From assembly GCA_037137535.1 (NCBI GenBank), contig JBAXKC010000048.1, positions 1 to 17,044 on the forward strand: a stretch of 17,044 bases of DNA, read 5' to 3'. Positions 15,867 to 17,044 of this stretch are shown in pieces. Both the position numbers and the translations under genes were made by a program. The notes below the pieces were generated by a model, which saw only the letters and a program-made list of their open reading frames with translations, made no database searches and had not been told where the DNA came from. The stretch comes from a bacterium (lineage in GTDB: Bacteria > Cyanobacteriota > Vampirovibrionia > Gastranaerophilales > JBAXKC01). The stretch's first letter is position 1, and every line of letters starts with the position of its first letter.

Positions 15867-17044
15867 TTAAATTCTGAATTTATTAACATTGTTGTTTAGT
15901 TTTTCTGCTAGAGATGCTAATGTGTTGGAGCTTGCGCTGATTTCCTGAAGGCTCGCTGTTTGTTCTTGGGTGACACTTGAAATATCTTCAGACTTTTCAG
16001 ACACCTTAGTTGAAATATTTGAAATATTTGTCATCATTGATACCATGCTTTGTGAATTTGCTGAAATATTGGACATTCCCTGTAAAGTGTTTTCTGTTTT
16101 TACTTTAGTTTTTTCAGCTTCTGATAAAATTTCTTCAAGTCTACTGTTTACAGACTCCATAGAAATTACACCTTCTTCGACATCATTAACGGAAGATTGA
16201 ATTTTTGAAACAGCTAATTCTGTATTAGATTGAATTTCTTTTATCATTGAACTTATTTTATCTGTTGCTCCTGCTGACTGTTCTGCTAGCTTTTTAACTT
16301 CTTCCGCAACAACTGCAAAACCTTTACCGTGTTCTCCAGCTCTAGCTGCTTCTATTGCCGCATTTAAAGCAAGAAGATTAGTTTGACCGGCTATTTGCTT
16401 GATTAAATCGACTATGACTTCTATGTCTGAGCCGAGTTGCCCTAATTTATTAATGGTTTTAGATGTTTCTTCTGATGTCTGCTTTATATTATTTATTTTG
16501 TTTATTGCTATATTACCTTCATTTACACCATTTTTAGCTTTTTCTTCAGTTGTTTTGGAGCTGTTTACTGTTTCTTCAACATTTATTAATGCTCCTTTGA
16601 TATTTATGTTCATATCATTAATGTAAGATAAGGCATTATTTACATAATTTGATTGATCTTGTGCTCCATTTGCCATTTGTGTAATGCTTTCAGCTATTTG
16701 TTGAGACCCTAATGCAGTTTGTTCTGCTGAAGCGTTTAATTCTTCTGAGCTTGCACTTATATCTTCAACTGAATGAGCAATATTAGAGATTAATCCTTTT
16801 AGATTGCTGATAAACTTATTAAAAGAACGGCTTAAGTCTCCTATTTCATTTGTAGAATCATATTCTTTGACATGAACTGTAAAGTCATTTTCTGCTAATT
16901 TCAAGCTTAAATCTGAAATGTCTTGAATTGGCGATGTTATTGTTTTTGCGAATGTCATTAGTATAGTTATTGCAATTATTGACATAATTGGAATCCATAA
17001 ATAATTTTGTGTAAACCTCCGAGAAAATGTATAGTAGAAACGGA
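15867..17044 (-). CDS. Methyl-accepting chemotaxis protein, 5' partial (TM2, HAMP, signalling domain)
   Basis: Hydrophobic helix, then HAMP (ITSPI...LAENDFT...[13 protein letters not shown]) and hairpin tip [38 protein letters not shown]. The frame stays open from 16985 to the window end. Converges on kdsB with a 3-nt gap. Confidence 0.93.
   Translation of the reverse strand, partial: RFYYTFSRRFTQNYLWIPIMSIIAITILMTFAKTITSPIQDISDLSLKLAENDFTVHVKEYDSTNEIGDLSRSFNKFISNLKGLISNIAHSVEDISASSEELNASAEQTALGSQQIAESITQMANGAQDQSNYVNNALSYINDMNINIKGALINVEETVNSSKTTEEKAKNGVNEGNIAINKINNIKQTSEETSKTINKLGQLGSDIEVIVDLIKQIAGQTNLLALNAAIEAARAGEHGKGFAVVAEEVKKLAEQSAGATDKISSMIKEIQSNTELAVSKIQSSVNDVEEGVISMESVNSRLEEILSEAEKTKVKTENTLQGMSNISANSQSMVSMMTNISNISTKVSEKSEDISSVTQEQTASLQEISASSNTLASLAEKLNNNVNKFRI

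Noticed and set aside
13125-16626. ORFs 13125-13388(-), 15970-16200(+), 16399-16626(+)
   Set aside because: Antisense to mutL or the MCP gene; no motifs.

Overview
AT-rich chromosomal window from a diderm bacterium. PilT, PilB, MutL and a DUF1822-like domain look cyanobacterial, so the host is probably a non-photosynthetic Cyanobacteriota lineage (Vampirovibrionia/Melainabacteria); this is inference only. The left 12 kb is one minus-strand cluster, in transcription order: (1) a ~986-aa membrane protein with a DUF1822-like domain, a zinc anti-sigma (ZAS) motif, an acidic linker, one TM helix, a Pro-rich linker and a TonB-C-like end; (2) a small sigma-70/ECF-type sigma factor; (3) a 603-aa membrane protein with an AMIN-like periplasmic domain; (4) a 4-TM protein with Roadblock/LC7 (MglB-like) domains; (5) pilB-pilT-pilC. 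Divergent from it are mutL, a PQQ/BamB-like beta-propeller gene and kdsB, followed by a convergent methyl-accepting chemotaxis gene cut by the window edge. The main observation is that the last 74 aa of the 603-aa protein are an ungapped copy of the sigma2 domain of the adjacent sigma factor (31/74 identical by hand count, with largely different codons). This suggests a sigma / trans-envelope anti-sigma / membrane-tethered sigma-mimic module upstream of the type IV pilus motor genes. No RNA genes, CRISPR arrays or mobile elements were seen. All domain calls come from motif recognition, not database searches.
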